Origin: Carpediemonas membranifera BICM
Lineage: Eukaryota > Protista > Fornicata
NCBI GenBank assembly: GCA_019828565.1
Contig: JAHDYR010000005.1
Location: 335,200 to 399,199, forward strand
Length of the DNA: 64,000 nt
Reading direction: 5' to 3'
Positions 1 through 11,234 of this stretch are shown here, in pieces. A model generated the notes under the pieces. It was given only the letters and a program-made list of their open reading frames with translations. It ran no database searches and was not told the origin of the DNA. The position numbers and the translations under genes are program-made. The first letter of the stretch is position 1; each line of letters starts with the position of its first letter.

Positions 1-193
1 TTCTTTCCCTTCAAGGACGTGCTCCATGGCGCGTTGGAACTTTCCTGGCGCGTTCTTGAGGCCGAAAGACACCCGTAGGAACTCGAATTGGTGGCCAGGA
101 ATGACGAACGATGTGAGGTGCTGTCGCGGGGCCAGAATAGTTGTGGCCATTATTACCACCAAGCAGGTTTACCTTATTAAATAGTTCCGACAC

Positions 194-207
194 AAAGTGA
201 TCACTTT
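194..207 (+). promoter_or_regulatory. 14-bp palindrome at the expected primer-binding-site position
   Basis: AAAGTGATCACTTT overlaps the last A of ...CACA and ends 14 nt before the gag ATG; the LTR left boundary is not resolvable. Confidence 0.55.
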
Positions 208-221
208 CTGGACGACTGGGC

Positions 222-1750
222 ATGGTTAACATTACTGTAGATGTGCCGAGCCTTGATCCCAAAAAGATAACTCTCCCGGCCATTCGTGACTTCAAACGGG
301 CCGCGCGCATTTGGGTGGCACAAAACGCCGATTTCCCGCCTGGGTTGCTTCTGCCTGAATCGCTCCAACGCGCCGCTGAAGAGTTTAATCAAGGGAAGAG
401 CATTGAAGAGCTTTCCCTCGAGCAGACGATTACTTACATACGCAGTGAGGCTATCCCGAAGTCCTTGGGAGCCTTGAAGGACGCCGTTGATGCAATTGAC
501 TGTCCTTTAACTAGCAAGGGACTCAATCGCTCAGCGGCCATGAGAAACTACTGCGCCGACTTTTCTGAGTACACCGACCTCGTGAAAGAGGTTGCCTGCC
601 GTGAAACGGCCCTTAACCACGCCCTCTCGCCGCTACAGAGGCGCGTGAAGGAGACTGTCGCCGTCCTCGACGACGAAGGAAATGCTGTCAAGAAGGAGCA
701 AGAAAGACCAGCCTCCGACAGCGAGCTAGCCGCCCTGAGAGCGGAACACTTCGACAAGGTCCTCTGTAAGGCCTTTATGTACCGCCTCAAACCCAAGGTG
801 TTCTACAAGAAGCTCGAACTCGAAAGAACGCTCATCAAGCCGAAGAACATCAACGAGCTCATGAAACTAGCTAAGATAGTAGCTTCGGTGGAAGACGAGA
901 ACACGCCCACCACGGACTCCCCTGACAGCGCCCCCACTAGCTCCACGATCAACAAGACGACGACCGTCGGCTCCCGCCCACCGGGCGAGACCAGCTCCAA
1001 GGCCACCAAGAAGCCCTTTCGACCCTGCCGCTTCTGCCAAGGGCAGCATTACGACAACGACTGCCCTCAACGTCGATCCCGCGAGAACGGACGCCTCCGC
1101 TCTACCGCTGAAATCAAGCCGCGACAGCCTGTCGAAGCCAACGCCGCTGAGGAAGAAGAGGTCCTCATGACGGAGGTGGAGATAAATGGCCAGGAGTACC
1201 GCTTGATGATTGACACTGGAGCGTCGAGATCCTTCATTTCCTCACGACTGTTAGCGAGACTGCGGTCTGAGAAGCACCATGTGCCTACGAAGCGATGCGC
1301 CAAGTTCCTGGTCAGGCTGGCGCAGGGCAGTCTCGTGACGGTGCAAGAAGCGGTGGATTTGACGGTGCGATTTACACATCTCGAGAAGATGGACATCGTC
1401 TGTAAGATCAGGTTTTACGTGCTGGATGGTACGCAGGAGAAGCTTATTATGGGCACCAAGGACCTCAGATTACTGGGATTCCTCTCGAACGAGGGGTTCC
1501 ACATGTCTTTCCGTTCCGAGAAGAGTGCCAACAAGGAGGAAGCAAACGACGAATTCCTTGCCAACAACGAATACCTATGCGTTATTGAAGAAGAACTCAA
1601 CGCCATTGCCGCTAGAAATAGCACAGTCGCCGAGGAAGGAATATCCTCAATTCATATCCCGAAGAGCGAGATCCAAGGGAAACTCAGAGCACTGGTCAAG
1701 GACTACGAAGATGTTTTTGACGAGAATCTTCCGCCAGAAGGCTCAATCTT
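222..1750 (+). pseudogene. Ty3/gypsy-like gag-protease, truncated at the start of RT
   Basis: Zinc knuckle CRFCQGQHYDNDC; aspartic protease LMIDTGASRSFIS...LIMG; LVKDYEDVF pre-RT segment, then abrupt junction with an opposite-strand element. Confidence 0.85.
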
Positions 1751-1781
1751 AAATTTCTTTCTTTCTTTCTTTCGATATAAA

Positions 1782-3218
1782 TTACACACTTCCCAAGGGC
1801 GGCAGGCCGGAGTACTTCGAAAGCAGTTTCTCCTGGAGGCCGGACATCCTGTCCGACAGAGTGAATAAGCTAAGCTTGTGCTCAGCGATAGCCAGCTCAG
1901 GGTCTTCTGGGTCACCCTCAACCTCGTCGGGAGACTCGTCAACCTGGGGTAATACCCCTAGTGTGACCATATCTGAGTAGCCAATGATAAGGTCGTACTC
2001 TGAAGAGAGAAGATATGCGGTCGTTGTGAAAGAACACCCACGGGGAATCAGGGCCGATTTGGCAAACGCCACCTCGAGATTTGCGACACGGGACACGGTG
2101 ATAGTACCCGCGGGGGTGTTGACCTCGATGGGGGCGCACTCCGAGATCACGGCAGCAGTCTCTGCTGCAAGGCGTGGGTTAATAAAGGTAGCGGAAGCAC
2201 CGCAGTCGAAAAGGATAGCGTCAGTACCCACACGATACACGTTACCGGAGACAATCGGGAGTGACTGTGCGCGACGCTTCGTAGCTGCGGCGAAACAAGA
2301 CAAGAAAGAACAGTTACGCGACTTTATCTTGTCGCAGAACTGTGCCAGGTGGCCTTCCCTCTTGCACTTGTCGCAGCGCGCCTTTGGCTTTGAACAGTCA
2401 CTCGAGTAATGGCCCTTACGCCCGCAGTTAAAGCACGAGATACCGGACTTGTCGCCCCGGTTGCGGTCGTGGTCGCGTGTACGTTTGTCGTCACGCCGGT
2501 AAGGCGTGTCGCGCTTGTCAGGCCGCTTACCGTGGCGCTTGTTGGGGCGCTTACCGTCGATATGGGCTCGCTTGTCGTCGTCATGAACTCGCTTATCGTC
2601 ATGGCCTGGCTTGCCGATGAAGTCAGCGAGAGGAGCCATATAGGCGGCGCTCTCGGCGAGGTCCTGTGCTGTGGTCATGGCATAATGCTGCACCTCTGCC
2701 AGCGACTTCCCGGTGGTACGCTCCTTGATGCGGAAATACAGAGCCTGTCCGCGGAACGCGAAGGCTCGGAGGTATGTTTCGATGACAGAGTCGTCTTCTT
2801 CGAGAGCCAAGCAGGCGAGCGTATTATTGAACTTGGTATTGAGCCTCGAGACCTCGATCGGGGTGAAAGATGATAGCTTCATTCGAAGCAGATTGAGGCA
2901 TTGCTCCTGTCGCTTAAGGCGCAGGACGGAGGCAAGCCGACTGATGTCTGCGTTCTCGCCAGACTTTCTCAGCTTGGACTTGTGTTTCCTTTCAGATAAG
3001 TCCTGAAGGACAGGATCGTCCTCAGCGAGCGTCGGTTCGTCTATCTTGGGAATGGCCAGCATTTGGCACACAAACGAACGCACCTCGGCGGATAAGAGCT
3101 TCACCAGTTTGGTTTTCCCGCCGAGGGCGCGGTAATCCAACAGTTCGGTGTAGAACGCGCTGAAAGCGTCGAAAGTAGCTGTCTTGAGCATCGGGGTGTC
3201 ATTCTTGGGGTTCTTCAT
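1782..3218 (-). pseudogene. Ty3/gypsy-like gag-protease, truncated before RT
   Basis: Two zinc knuckles CFNCGRKGHYSSDC / CDKCKREGHLAQFC; protease LFDCGAS...DLIIG; similar to the element at 26311-32443. Confidence 0.88.
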
Positions 3219-3238
3219 ACGTTTGAAAGTACTAGTAC

Positions 3239-3317
3239 TGTGGTTGATGAAGAAGAAAGGGGAAGGTTTAGAGATAAAATATGGGCTAAAATACCCTATG
3301 GACTTTTGGAGACCACA
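3239..3317 (-). repeat. Putative 79-bp 5' LTR
   Basis: TGTGGT...ACCACA inverted termini 20 nt upstream of the gag ATG; partner LTR absent, so the boundary is inferred. Confidence 0.65.
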
Positions 3318-3685
3318 AGACCCATCCTGAGGTTGTCCCTCTCCTAGCTCGCGCTCGTCGGTTGTGGGGGCGGAGACGCTGAGTCCTCCTCAAGCCTTAC
3401 CCCTGAGTGACCGACTGGCCGACTTCGAGCACAATGCGCAAAAAGGCGCGAATCCACACAGCAACGCTCAGCAGCTACTCATAGCAGTGACAGTTCCTTT
3501 TATATATCACCAGGTGACGTTGGACACGCTTTCAGGCGACAACAAGGTCGGATGCCTATCACTGATCAGTTTCGTCTTCGTACGCCGCAACCATGCTACG
3601 GATACCACTGCGCGCAACGTATTACGTTCAGGTTATAACGACAGCAGATCTGTGCTAGTATGGACTGTCTTACCTGTCGGTCTGG

Positions 3686-3719
3686 AAAAAGGGCACCTCG
3701 GGGACTCGAACCCAAGACC
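3686..3719 (-). pseudogene. tRNA 3' fragment (T arm, acceptor 3' strand, T5 terminator)
   Basis: Minus strand GGTCTTGGGTTCGAGTCCCCGAGGTGCCC-TTTTT; no matching 5' half nearby. Confidence 0.6.
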
Positions 3720-3816
3720 GATGCAACCATCCATCTGACACAATTTGATGATGATGTCCAACACATCATGGGGGTAGTGTAGTGGTGTTAGACACTATTA
3801 TTTAGTTTCCGCCATT

Positions 3817-5054
3817 TTGTCCCACCGGGTAAACCCTATAAATCCACTCTCCGCTTGTTCACCACAGGATGAGAGTGTTCGCAGCGCCCCCAGTAGCGAT
3901 GATTGGTCCGATGTTTCTTCACCTGCAGAGGATACGGGCTCCGACCCAAACTGGGAACCCTCAGAGCTGGACATCAGCGGCCGTTGTAGTGATTCCAGAC
4001 ATTCCATCGCCGGAGGTTCGACGACTACTGCGTCTCTCCACGGTTCCCAAGATGTACTTCCGGCTTCAAGAGAACACCATGGAGGGGACAGAGCTGGCGA
4101 GACTATTCCCGACAAAAGTCAGGCTCATCGCGATGATAGTGAAGACTTCCAGTTCCTCATCACCCACGACAGGCTCTCTCATTTGAAGTTGGACGCATCA
4201 CGCAGGGCGTCGGCGGGGTACATCGTCAGGTTCAAGGCCTCAAGGCGTCACACGGCCTCTCATGCGGATCAACTACGACACTTCCTGACGAAAGAGGCCA
4301 AGACTTCTGGGCCCGATACTGTCGGCAAGAAGGGATACTGGATCTGTAACGGCGCGCCCCTCGTCTGCGACTGGACACCCCCGCCGGAGGCAAAACAGAT
4401 CATAGCATAGCAGAGACTGTCCGCCATATCGCGTCAACGGCAGGCCAATCGGGCGGAGCCGTCCCTGCGACGAGCGCCCTAGTGCGGCAGGGCCTTACAC
4501 AGTGGAAGCGCGACCCCAAGACCTTCCAGGCTGTGCTGTTCGCCACACTATGTTTCCAAACCGTCAGCCGCGGCAAAGAGATCTTTTCACTCACACGTGG
4601 TGATATCTCGTTTAGCTCGGAAGGTGACGCGACACTTTTCATGGCGCGCACGAAGACGGGGACAGCGGTCAAGAAGCTGGTGGTTAACGCCACGTTCGAC
4701 ACCTTCAACGCGGCCAAGGCGTTGAAGCGCTGGATCGACCTGGCCACATGCCACGATAGCGACTCCCTCTTGCGCCGCGTGAGGGGCGACCGGGTGAGCA
4801 GGACAAAGGCGCTATCCGAGGGAGCGATGAGGGCATGGGTAGCCTCTGTGTTCGGAGACTCGATCACCTGGCATAGCTTCCGCAAGGGGGCGGCCATGGC
4901 CAGCTCCGTGGCCGGGACTCCAGACAACGTCCTGATGGCGCTGGGCAACTGGCGCTCGACGTCAAGCCTCCTGGCCTACACGGCCAACGGAGTACGACCC
5001 CACCCCTCGGTCCAGAGAGACATCGCCAAGTCTCTCCTGGGCCGGGATCAGTAA
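3817..5054 (+). pseudogene. YR retrotransposon A remnant: end of MT-like domain and frameshifted tyrosine recombinase
   Basis: TVSRGKEI, WHSFRKG, LGNW...LLAY catalytic motifs; overlapping frame RVFAAPP...PQSWTSA matches pol C-termini of C/D/E; frameshift near 4405. Confidence 0.88.
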
Positions 5055-5551
5055 ATCATCGATGGGATGATTTACCGAGCATACATAGAGCTGTGCGACC
5101 TCACGGCGGGTAGTACCCCAGCAATTTGTCGCCCAGGCGACGGCCAGTGGCGGCGGCTGACGAAAGTTAGTGCGCCACGGTCAACGTCTGTCGGTGCAGT
5201 TTATGCTGACAGATGGTCGAAGAATCGCAGCGCGAAGCTGCAAGACCGCGCCAATTCGGCGTCCGCCTCGTGGTAAGCGAGGTACCTTCGTAACTTACTT
5301 AGTTCGACGGTCGACGGTGATTGTGTTATCGAATATTTACACAGTGAAACCAGGGGTTTCTTGAATAAATATTCTTCCCCCCGTTGGTTTTAGTATGAGC
5401 GTAGCGGGTCAGATGGCCCGTTCATCGGGCTGTCTAGAGCTGACTACAGGCAGCTCGTGTCACCTCGGCGTGACGGCTGTAATATTTACACAGCTCAAAA
5501 TATATTATACGATCCTGATCCGGTCCCGGCAGGTCGTGTAATCAAATCAGG

Positions 5552-6103
5552 ATGGCCAGTTCGATGGCCGACGAGACTTCGGACGCGGGGCGCCCGACGC
5601 AACCAGGAACAACACCAGATGATCAACAACAGGATGAGAACCCCCAACAGCAGGACGAGAACACGTTGGCCGCCACTCTCCTCAAGCGAATCGAAGAACT
5701 ATTCCAAGAGCTTGCCATCGTGGAGATGGCCGATGCTCCCTCTAACAACACTCCAGCGCACCGCGGCCTCTTCCTCGACATGCCGACGTCCAAGGGTCTC
5801 TCCAACGAGGCTAAGTTCTTGTACCAACTCATCGACGACCTACCGAGACTTGACATCGACGACATCGAGCAGCAGCTCTTCACCCGGATTCAGTACCTGC
5901 TTATCAAGGATAACTACGAGGACGGCACCGCTGAGCGTTTCACAGCATCGGTTCGGGCCGAGCCCCACCCGTCGAGGGACCGCATCATTGAACTAGCTGC
6001 TCGCGCCAAGTCCAAGGGTGACCGTCGAAAGCCCAGCCAGAATTTTCGCAGAGGAGGCCATCAACAGAATCAAGGCCAGGGCAAGCGGTTCCGCCGCACA
6101 TAA
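5552..6103 (+). CDS. YR retrotransposon B gag-like ORF
   Basis: LFLDMP..GL..EA.F.Y...RIQYLLIKD shared with gag of E (18012-18494); directly precedes RT. Confidence 0.85.
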   Translation: MASSMADETSDAGRPTQPGTTPDDQQQDENPQQQDENTLAATLLKRIEELFQELAIVEMADAPSNNTPAHRGLFLDMPTSKGLSNEAKFLYQLIDDLPRLDIDDIEQQLFTRIQYLLIKDNYEDGTAERFTASVRAEPHPSRDRIIELAARAKSKGDRRKPSQNFRRGGHQQNQGQGKRFRRT

Positions 6104-6135
6104 CTTCAAGCACATTACCACTCAGGTTCCCATCA

Positions 6136-6770
6136 ATGAACGAACGATGGAGAACGTGGAAGCGCTTCGGCGCCTCCAGCCAAGTTGTCGCTTGGCTCAG
6201 GAAGGGTGTGCCCATCGACATCACCCAGCCTCCTCCCCCCGCCCGCCCACAACCTACACTTCACTCCGCAGTTTCCCGGAAGCTGAACGGCATGATCGAC
6301 CAGGGTGTGATAGAGCAAACCAGTCTCTCAGACCTTGCACATGCTGCCCCCCTCTTCGCTGTTCCAGAGGGGGAGAGAGACCACCGCATCATTCACGACC
6401 TTCGGATCCTCAACCAGATCACAGCAGACCGCAGATCCTTCCGGCTATACGGAATCAAGCGAGCCGTCTGCCTGCTGGAACAAGACGACTTCATGATGAA
6501 GGTCGACCTCGAGGCGGGCCACCACCAGCTCGGAATCCGTCCATCCGACAGGAAGCTGCTTGGAGTGGTCCTCCCAGACGGCTCAGCCTATCAGTACCGC
6601 ATCCTGGGCTTCGGCTGGAGAGCGGCCCCCTTCATCTTCCAGTCCGTGACCAACCAGGTGGCCCGCATCCTCGCCCTCCGATACAAGATCAAGGTTCTGG
6701 TCTACCTCGACGACTTTCTCTTTGCACACCAGAGCGCGGATTACCTTCGAGAGATCACGCCCAAGCTGCC
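6136..6770 (+). pseudogene. YR retrotransposon B reverse transcriptase, 3'-truncated
   Basis: RIIHDLRILN, KVDLEAGHHQ, LGFGW, YLDD; DIRS-type RT. Confidence 0.9.
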
Positions 6771-6771
6771 A

Positions 6772-8520
6772 GAAGGCACTCGCCTGGTCCGTCCGTAAGC
6801 GGCTGGTTGACGTCGATCGTGCCCTGAAAGACCAGTTTGGAGTAGGTGAGAAGTGCGGCTTGGAGAGGTTGGGAGAGGAGGTGAGTGCAGTCTACCGAAG
6901 TGGCGGTACCGTGCTCACACTCGACCTTTCCAACGCCTATGGATGCTTGTCGAGGGCCTTCACCATGAAGGTGGTGGCGGCCTACATGCCGGCACTCATT
7001 CCGTACCTGTCGACCATGTACCGACGGGGCTTACTTCTCTCTACCTCCGGCATAACAATGAGGTCGGCCGAAGGCATTCACCAAGGAGACCCGCTCGCTA
7101 CAGTCTCCTGGGGTCGGAACAATCTCACAGAACTCGCCGCTCAGAAGTTCAACGAGGTTGGCCTCCGCCTCAACCGTGCCAAGTGCGTGCTAGCCCATAA
7201 GGATGTCGTTGACGGCAACACAACTGGTGGCGTCCCACGGAGACGCGATACCAAGCTGGTTGGTGTTCCCATCGGCTCCGCCACGCACATCATGCGGGAG
7301 CTAGGCTCAGTTAACCGCAAGGATATGGAGCTGCTTGACGCTGCTGCATCGATGGTCTCTGACATTGGCGCGGAAGCCGTCGCCCCTGCCCTCCTAGTGA
7401 CGAAACTGTGTGCCCTCACCAAGTGGGAGCACTTCTTCCGCAATGTTTCGCCGGGCGTGGGTGACATGTTCTAGTCGCAACTGGACTTCGAACGGCAGAA
7501 GGTGGTCCCCACCATCCTGAAGCTGCTCCAGTCCAGCGCCGAGACTGACTTTGCCGCAAGGCTCTGTCTGCCGGTCAGTCAAGGCGGGCTCGGATTGGCC
7601 ATGCCCTCTGTTGTGTGGGCCCCAGCCTATCTGGGTGCCGCACGACAACTCATAGAGCTGAAGGTCGAAAGGCCCGAGGCTCTCATCCAAGACGCACTGC
7701 CATGCATCCCGGCTCTCGCCGCGACGCCCAAGGATTGGCCGACATCATATGGCGATGTCAGAAAGCTCTCACTCGAGAGCACGCAGAAGAAGTTGGTACG
7801 CCTCCTGCAGGATAACATTTCCAGCCAACTGACTGTTTCAGTCGACTCGCCAAACGTGATCAGGTCTCTACTCGCGGCTGATCCAGCCGCTATGGGTCGT
7901 AACCCCTGTGACGAGGGTGCTGCACCGATGCTTCGCAACCATGTCGGCCTTCCTGCCTTTGAGACAGGCCACGACGTCTGTCCGCTATGTCTGGCCCGTA
8001 GTGTTAATCACCGGTCTGTCCCCTGCTCAGCCGAGCATTCTCTTACCTGTCCCTTCCTGAGGGAGGGGCTGGGATCGGAGCGGCACGACCAAATTCGCGA
8101 CACGCTCGCCAAACTGCTGCGCGGGCACCCCTGGCGCGTAAGAGTTGAGCATTGGCTCGGACGGGGCAGCGAGTGGACTGTGGACCGGACCAAACGGGTC
8201 AAGGCGCGGGCGGACCTTCTCTTGACCTGACCGGGTCATACGGAACCCGTTGTGCTTGACGTAGTGGTGAGCAATCACGCGTCTGCATCTATGCGGAGCA
8301 AGAAGGAGCAGTATGCCAACTGGAATGTCCGTGTTATTCCCGTGGTCGTTCTCCAGAGTGGTGGTGTTGGTGTTGTGCATGGGAGAGGATGGACTGATGA
8401 GATGCGCGACGTTTTGGGCCTTGGTGCCGAAACTGTTGGGCAGATTGCCGACGCGGTCATGATGGCCTGTATGCGGCAGCAAGTTCATGTATTCCATGCG
8501 TTCATGCGCCAGGCGGATGC
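6772..8520 (+). mobile_element. Degenerate CRE/R2-like non-LTR fragment (RT, CCHC, restriction-like endonuclease)
   Basis: LDLSNAY, GIHQGDPL, GGLGL, CPLC...H..TC, RHDQIRD, RADL...LDV; YxDD region deleted; stops at 7474 and 8230. Confidence 0.8.
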
Positions 8521-8945
8521 TGCGACAAGGAGTCTGCTGTGGCCAAGCGCGAAGCGGATCTAACGCTGCGCTCACAACCATTCCATATCCATTACACAAC
8601 CATTAAAACGCGTTCGCCGAAGCGAAATGGTTTCGCTGGCATCTCGGCCCACGCTCCCTGCAACAATGCGAGCGGAAAACGCAAGTTCAAAACGAGTAGT
8701 ACCTTGTTTTGCCATATCTCACGAACTTGAGGGCTTTTGAGGCTAATAGAAGGTCATTTTGGAACCTGTAGGTGGACAGCTGCATCCGACCGAGCCTCGT
8801 TCGATGTTTTCGAATTGGCTGGGAAATGGCCGAAAATGATGAGTTCAAACGAGGATTGAAGCTGTAGCGATAGTAATGTGTCCTCTGGGTGAGTGGTTCC
8901 CTCTGGGCAGTGATTAGATGTTATTTGGCCATTCAATATGGCTAG
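8521..8945 (+). mobile_element. 3' end remnant of a D-like YR element
   Basis: ATRSLLWPSAKRI matches D YR end ATRSLLRPSAKRL; 8564-8672 and 8864-8945 resemble 17722-17820 and 17838-17922. Confidence 0.8.
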
Positions 8946-9044
8946 TCGGGTTCTACACAGAACCGTGGACGCCTGGGGTGTCGATGCCTCGGGCAGTTTA
9001 TGTCAGTCGTGGCGCAGAAATTTGGATTTCGACACGCGAGCGCG

Positions 9045-9536
9045 ATGTCGACGCAACCGCCTCCAGATGAGAGAATTATGTCTCTTGAGACTAGAATGGA
9101 GCAATTGAGCGAGGAAAACAAGGAAACTAACAACCTGTTACGACTAGCACTCCAGCGAATGGAAGATTCGGACAAGGCTCAGAAGAAGCATCCTGTTTCC
9201 ATCAGAACTAGGAACCTACCTTCCAGATTCGGCCTCAGAGATGAGGCGGAGTTCTTATACGACACTTTGGAGGATATCCAAGAAGGCCGCATTGCGGACA
9301 TGGATCAACTGCAACTCTCGCTAGCGGCGCGCATCAGATACCTCCGTCTCAAGGATGACAACTGGGATGAAGGCACTCCAACGAGGTTCCAGTCAAAGAT
9401 CCGCACCCTCATCACCTCGGAGTCGGGCATCATCTCACAGAATGCCATTGAAGAAGCGGCAGCCGCCGCCATGGCAAAGGGCACACGCCGTTCTTTTCGT
9501 CCAGCCGACAAGGACAAGCGGGCGCGAGCCCATTAA
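9045..9536 (+). CDS. YR retrotransposon C gag-like ORF
   Basis: NLPSRFGLRDEAEFLY...LKDDNWDE, homologous to D gag. Confidence 0.85.
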   Translation: MSTQPPPDERIMSLETRMEQLSEENKETNNLLRLALQRMEDSDKAQKKHPVSIRTRNLPSRFGLRDEAEFLYDTLEDIQEGRIADMDQLQLSLAARIRYLRLKDDNWDEGTPTRFQSKIRTLITSESGIISQNAIEEAAAAAMAKGTRRSFRPADKDKRARAH

Positions 9537-9590
9537 CAATATCAACTACCAAGACTGTACATACTATACATATTGTTGCCCCAGAATAAA

Positions 9591-10603
9591 ATGACCACAT
9601 CAAAGTCAGGAGTCATGGTCAAAATTCAAACGAGGATGACAAGCCCTGTAGAGACCCGTTCGGCAGTAATACTGTTCCATGAACACGGTGTTAGTGCCCC
9701 AAAGATCGTGGAACATTTAGAGCATGCCATATCCATCTCTACAGTCCGTAGAATCATCAAGGCCCACAGAAAGGCCAGAGAAGGAGCTACAGAGAAGAAG
9801 GAGAGGAAGAAGCGTATAACAAAGTTCGAACGGGACGGAAGAATCCTGCAGACAATCATGATGCGTCACGTGGAGCAAGATGACGTCGTAACAGTTGCTG
9901 CGATTAAGAAAGAGCTGGAACTCGCAACGACGACATCAATATCCTCGGAGACGGTTAGGCTGGCTCTCAAGAAGCTTGGATACAGCTACAAGCTCGGAGA
10001 CAAGCGTTGGAAGGAGTGTTCTCCCATCCGCGAGGCGGAGTTCTGGGCGAACTACGCCGTATACGTGCGTGCCAGGCACGCAATGACCGATCTGGTCTTT
10101 CTAGACGAGACTAGCTTTGATCCACATGACAGCCGACGGTATTCCTGGTTCCCGGCTGGACAGCACGTCGTCAAAACTAGCGGGGAACTCACGGTAAGAG
10201 AATCTCTGTCTGCGCCGTACTCGGCTACGAGGGCATTCTACACCGAGCGCTCACTACTGGGACCTACAAGGCGGAGGACTTTATGCCTGTGTTACACAAG
10301 ACGCTCAGCCTCATCGCCGGACAGCACAAGGTGCTTGTCCTAGACAACGCCAGGAGTCACCGAACAACAGATACCACACTGTATGAGCGGCTGTCTGACC
10401 TATACGGTGTCGGATTTATCTTCCTTCCAGGTTATGCTCCGCATCTCAACCCTATTGAGCTTGTCTTCGGTGCGATCAAGCGGAAACTGGCCGCCATCAA
10501 GCCACCTGGCGAGAATCATGCGGAGTATATCATCCGGTTGTTCGATCAGCTCCACAAGTTCTTCGATGTGCCTGGAGCGTACCGCCACTGTGGCTTCTTC
10601 TAA
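9591..10603 (+). pseudogene. DD37E transposase with one frameshift (~10180)
   Basis: N-terminal HTH; VFLDET, VLDNARSH, LPGYAPHLNPIE with 37 residues between the second D and E. Confidence 0.9.
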
Positions 10604-10676
10604 ATGTGCATTTTGTGTCAGCAAGCAACGGGTTCAGCTATGGCGAACTAAAGCTCATTGAAACATAGGAGAACAT

Positions 10677-11155
10677 TTAATTGGCAAACATGCTGTCGTC
10701 GAGCCCTTCTGAAGGCTGAGAATGATCCGCGGTGTCCGGCGGGCGGAAGGCCTCGGCGAGAAGAGAGTAGATTGCAGGAAGGCGATCAACTGGAACGGGA
10801 ATTGACAGGTACTGGGCATGACTGCCGGTCGTAGAAGAGTCCACGCTGATTTGCGAGCTTGACTGGTGACCGGACGACGAGTAACGTGGCGTCGCTGGAG
10901 TACAGAGGCCAATTGGCGGCTCTGTGAGCACAGCAGTTCCTATCTAAGTGTTAAAAAGTTTGTGAAGTTACCTTGGAGGATTTTGACTGCCCATGAAGCA
11001 ACCCGGTCAGTGGACAGCTCTTTGGCAAGATCGTTGCCTTCAATGAGCTCCATCATGACCGAGAGGATTGTTCTGCCATCCTCACGGTTGATTAGAGCCC
11101 TATACGGACAACTAGTCCTGTTGTGGCCAGGGCGGCTGCACAGCGAACACGGCAT
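10677..11155 (-). CDS. Zinc-knuckle accessory gene within the Tc1-like element, putative 32-nt intron 10940-10971
   Basis: MPCSLCSRPGHNRTSC; removing GTAACT...TTAACACTTAGATAG joins it in frame to ORF 10677-10931. Confidence 0.55.
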
Positions 11156-11234
11156 CAGCCTCTTGTTCACAGATCTGGAATGTCTTTAAACTGCTGGAGA
11201 TGATGTGGTCATTTTATTCTGGGGCAACAATACC

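Larger units (their letters stand above)
9571..11232 (+). mobile_element. Tc1/IS630-family DNA transposon (DD37E) inserted between gag and RT of element C
   Basis: Perfect 30-bp TIRs 9573-9602 / 11201-11230 with flanking TA duplication. Confidence 0.95.

Noticed and set aside
11205-11234. N-terminal extension of element C RT
   Set aside because: Derived from the Tc1 TIR
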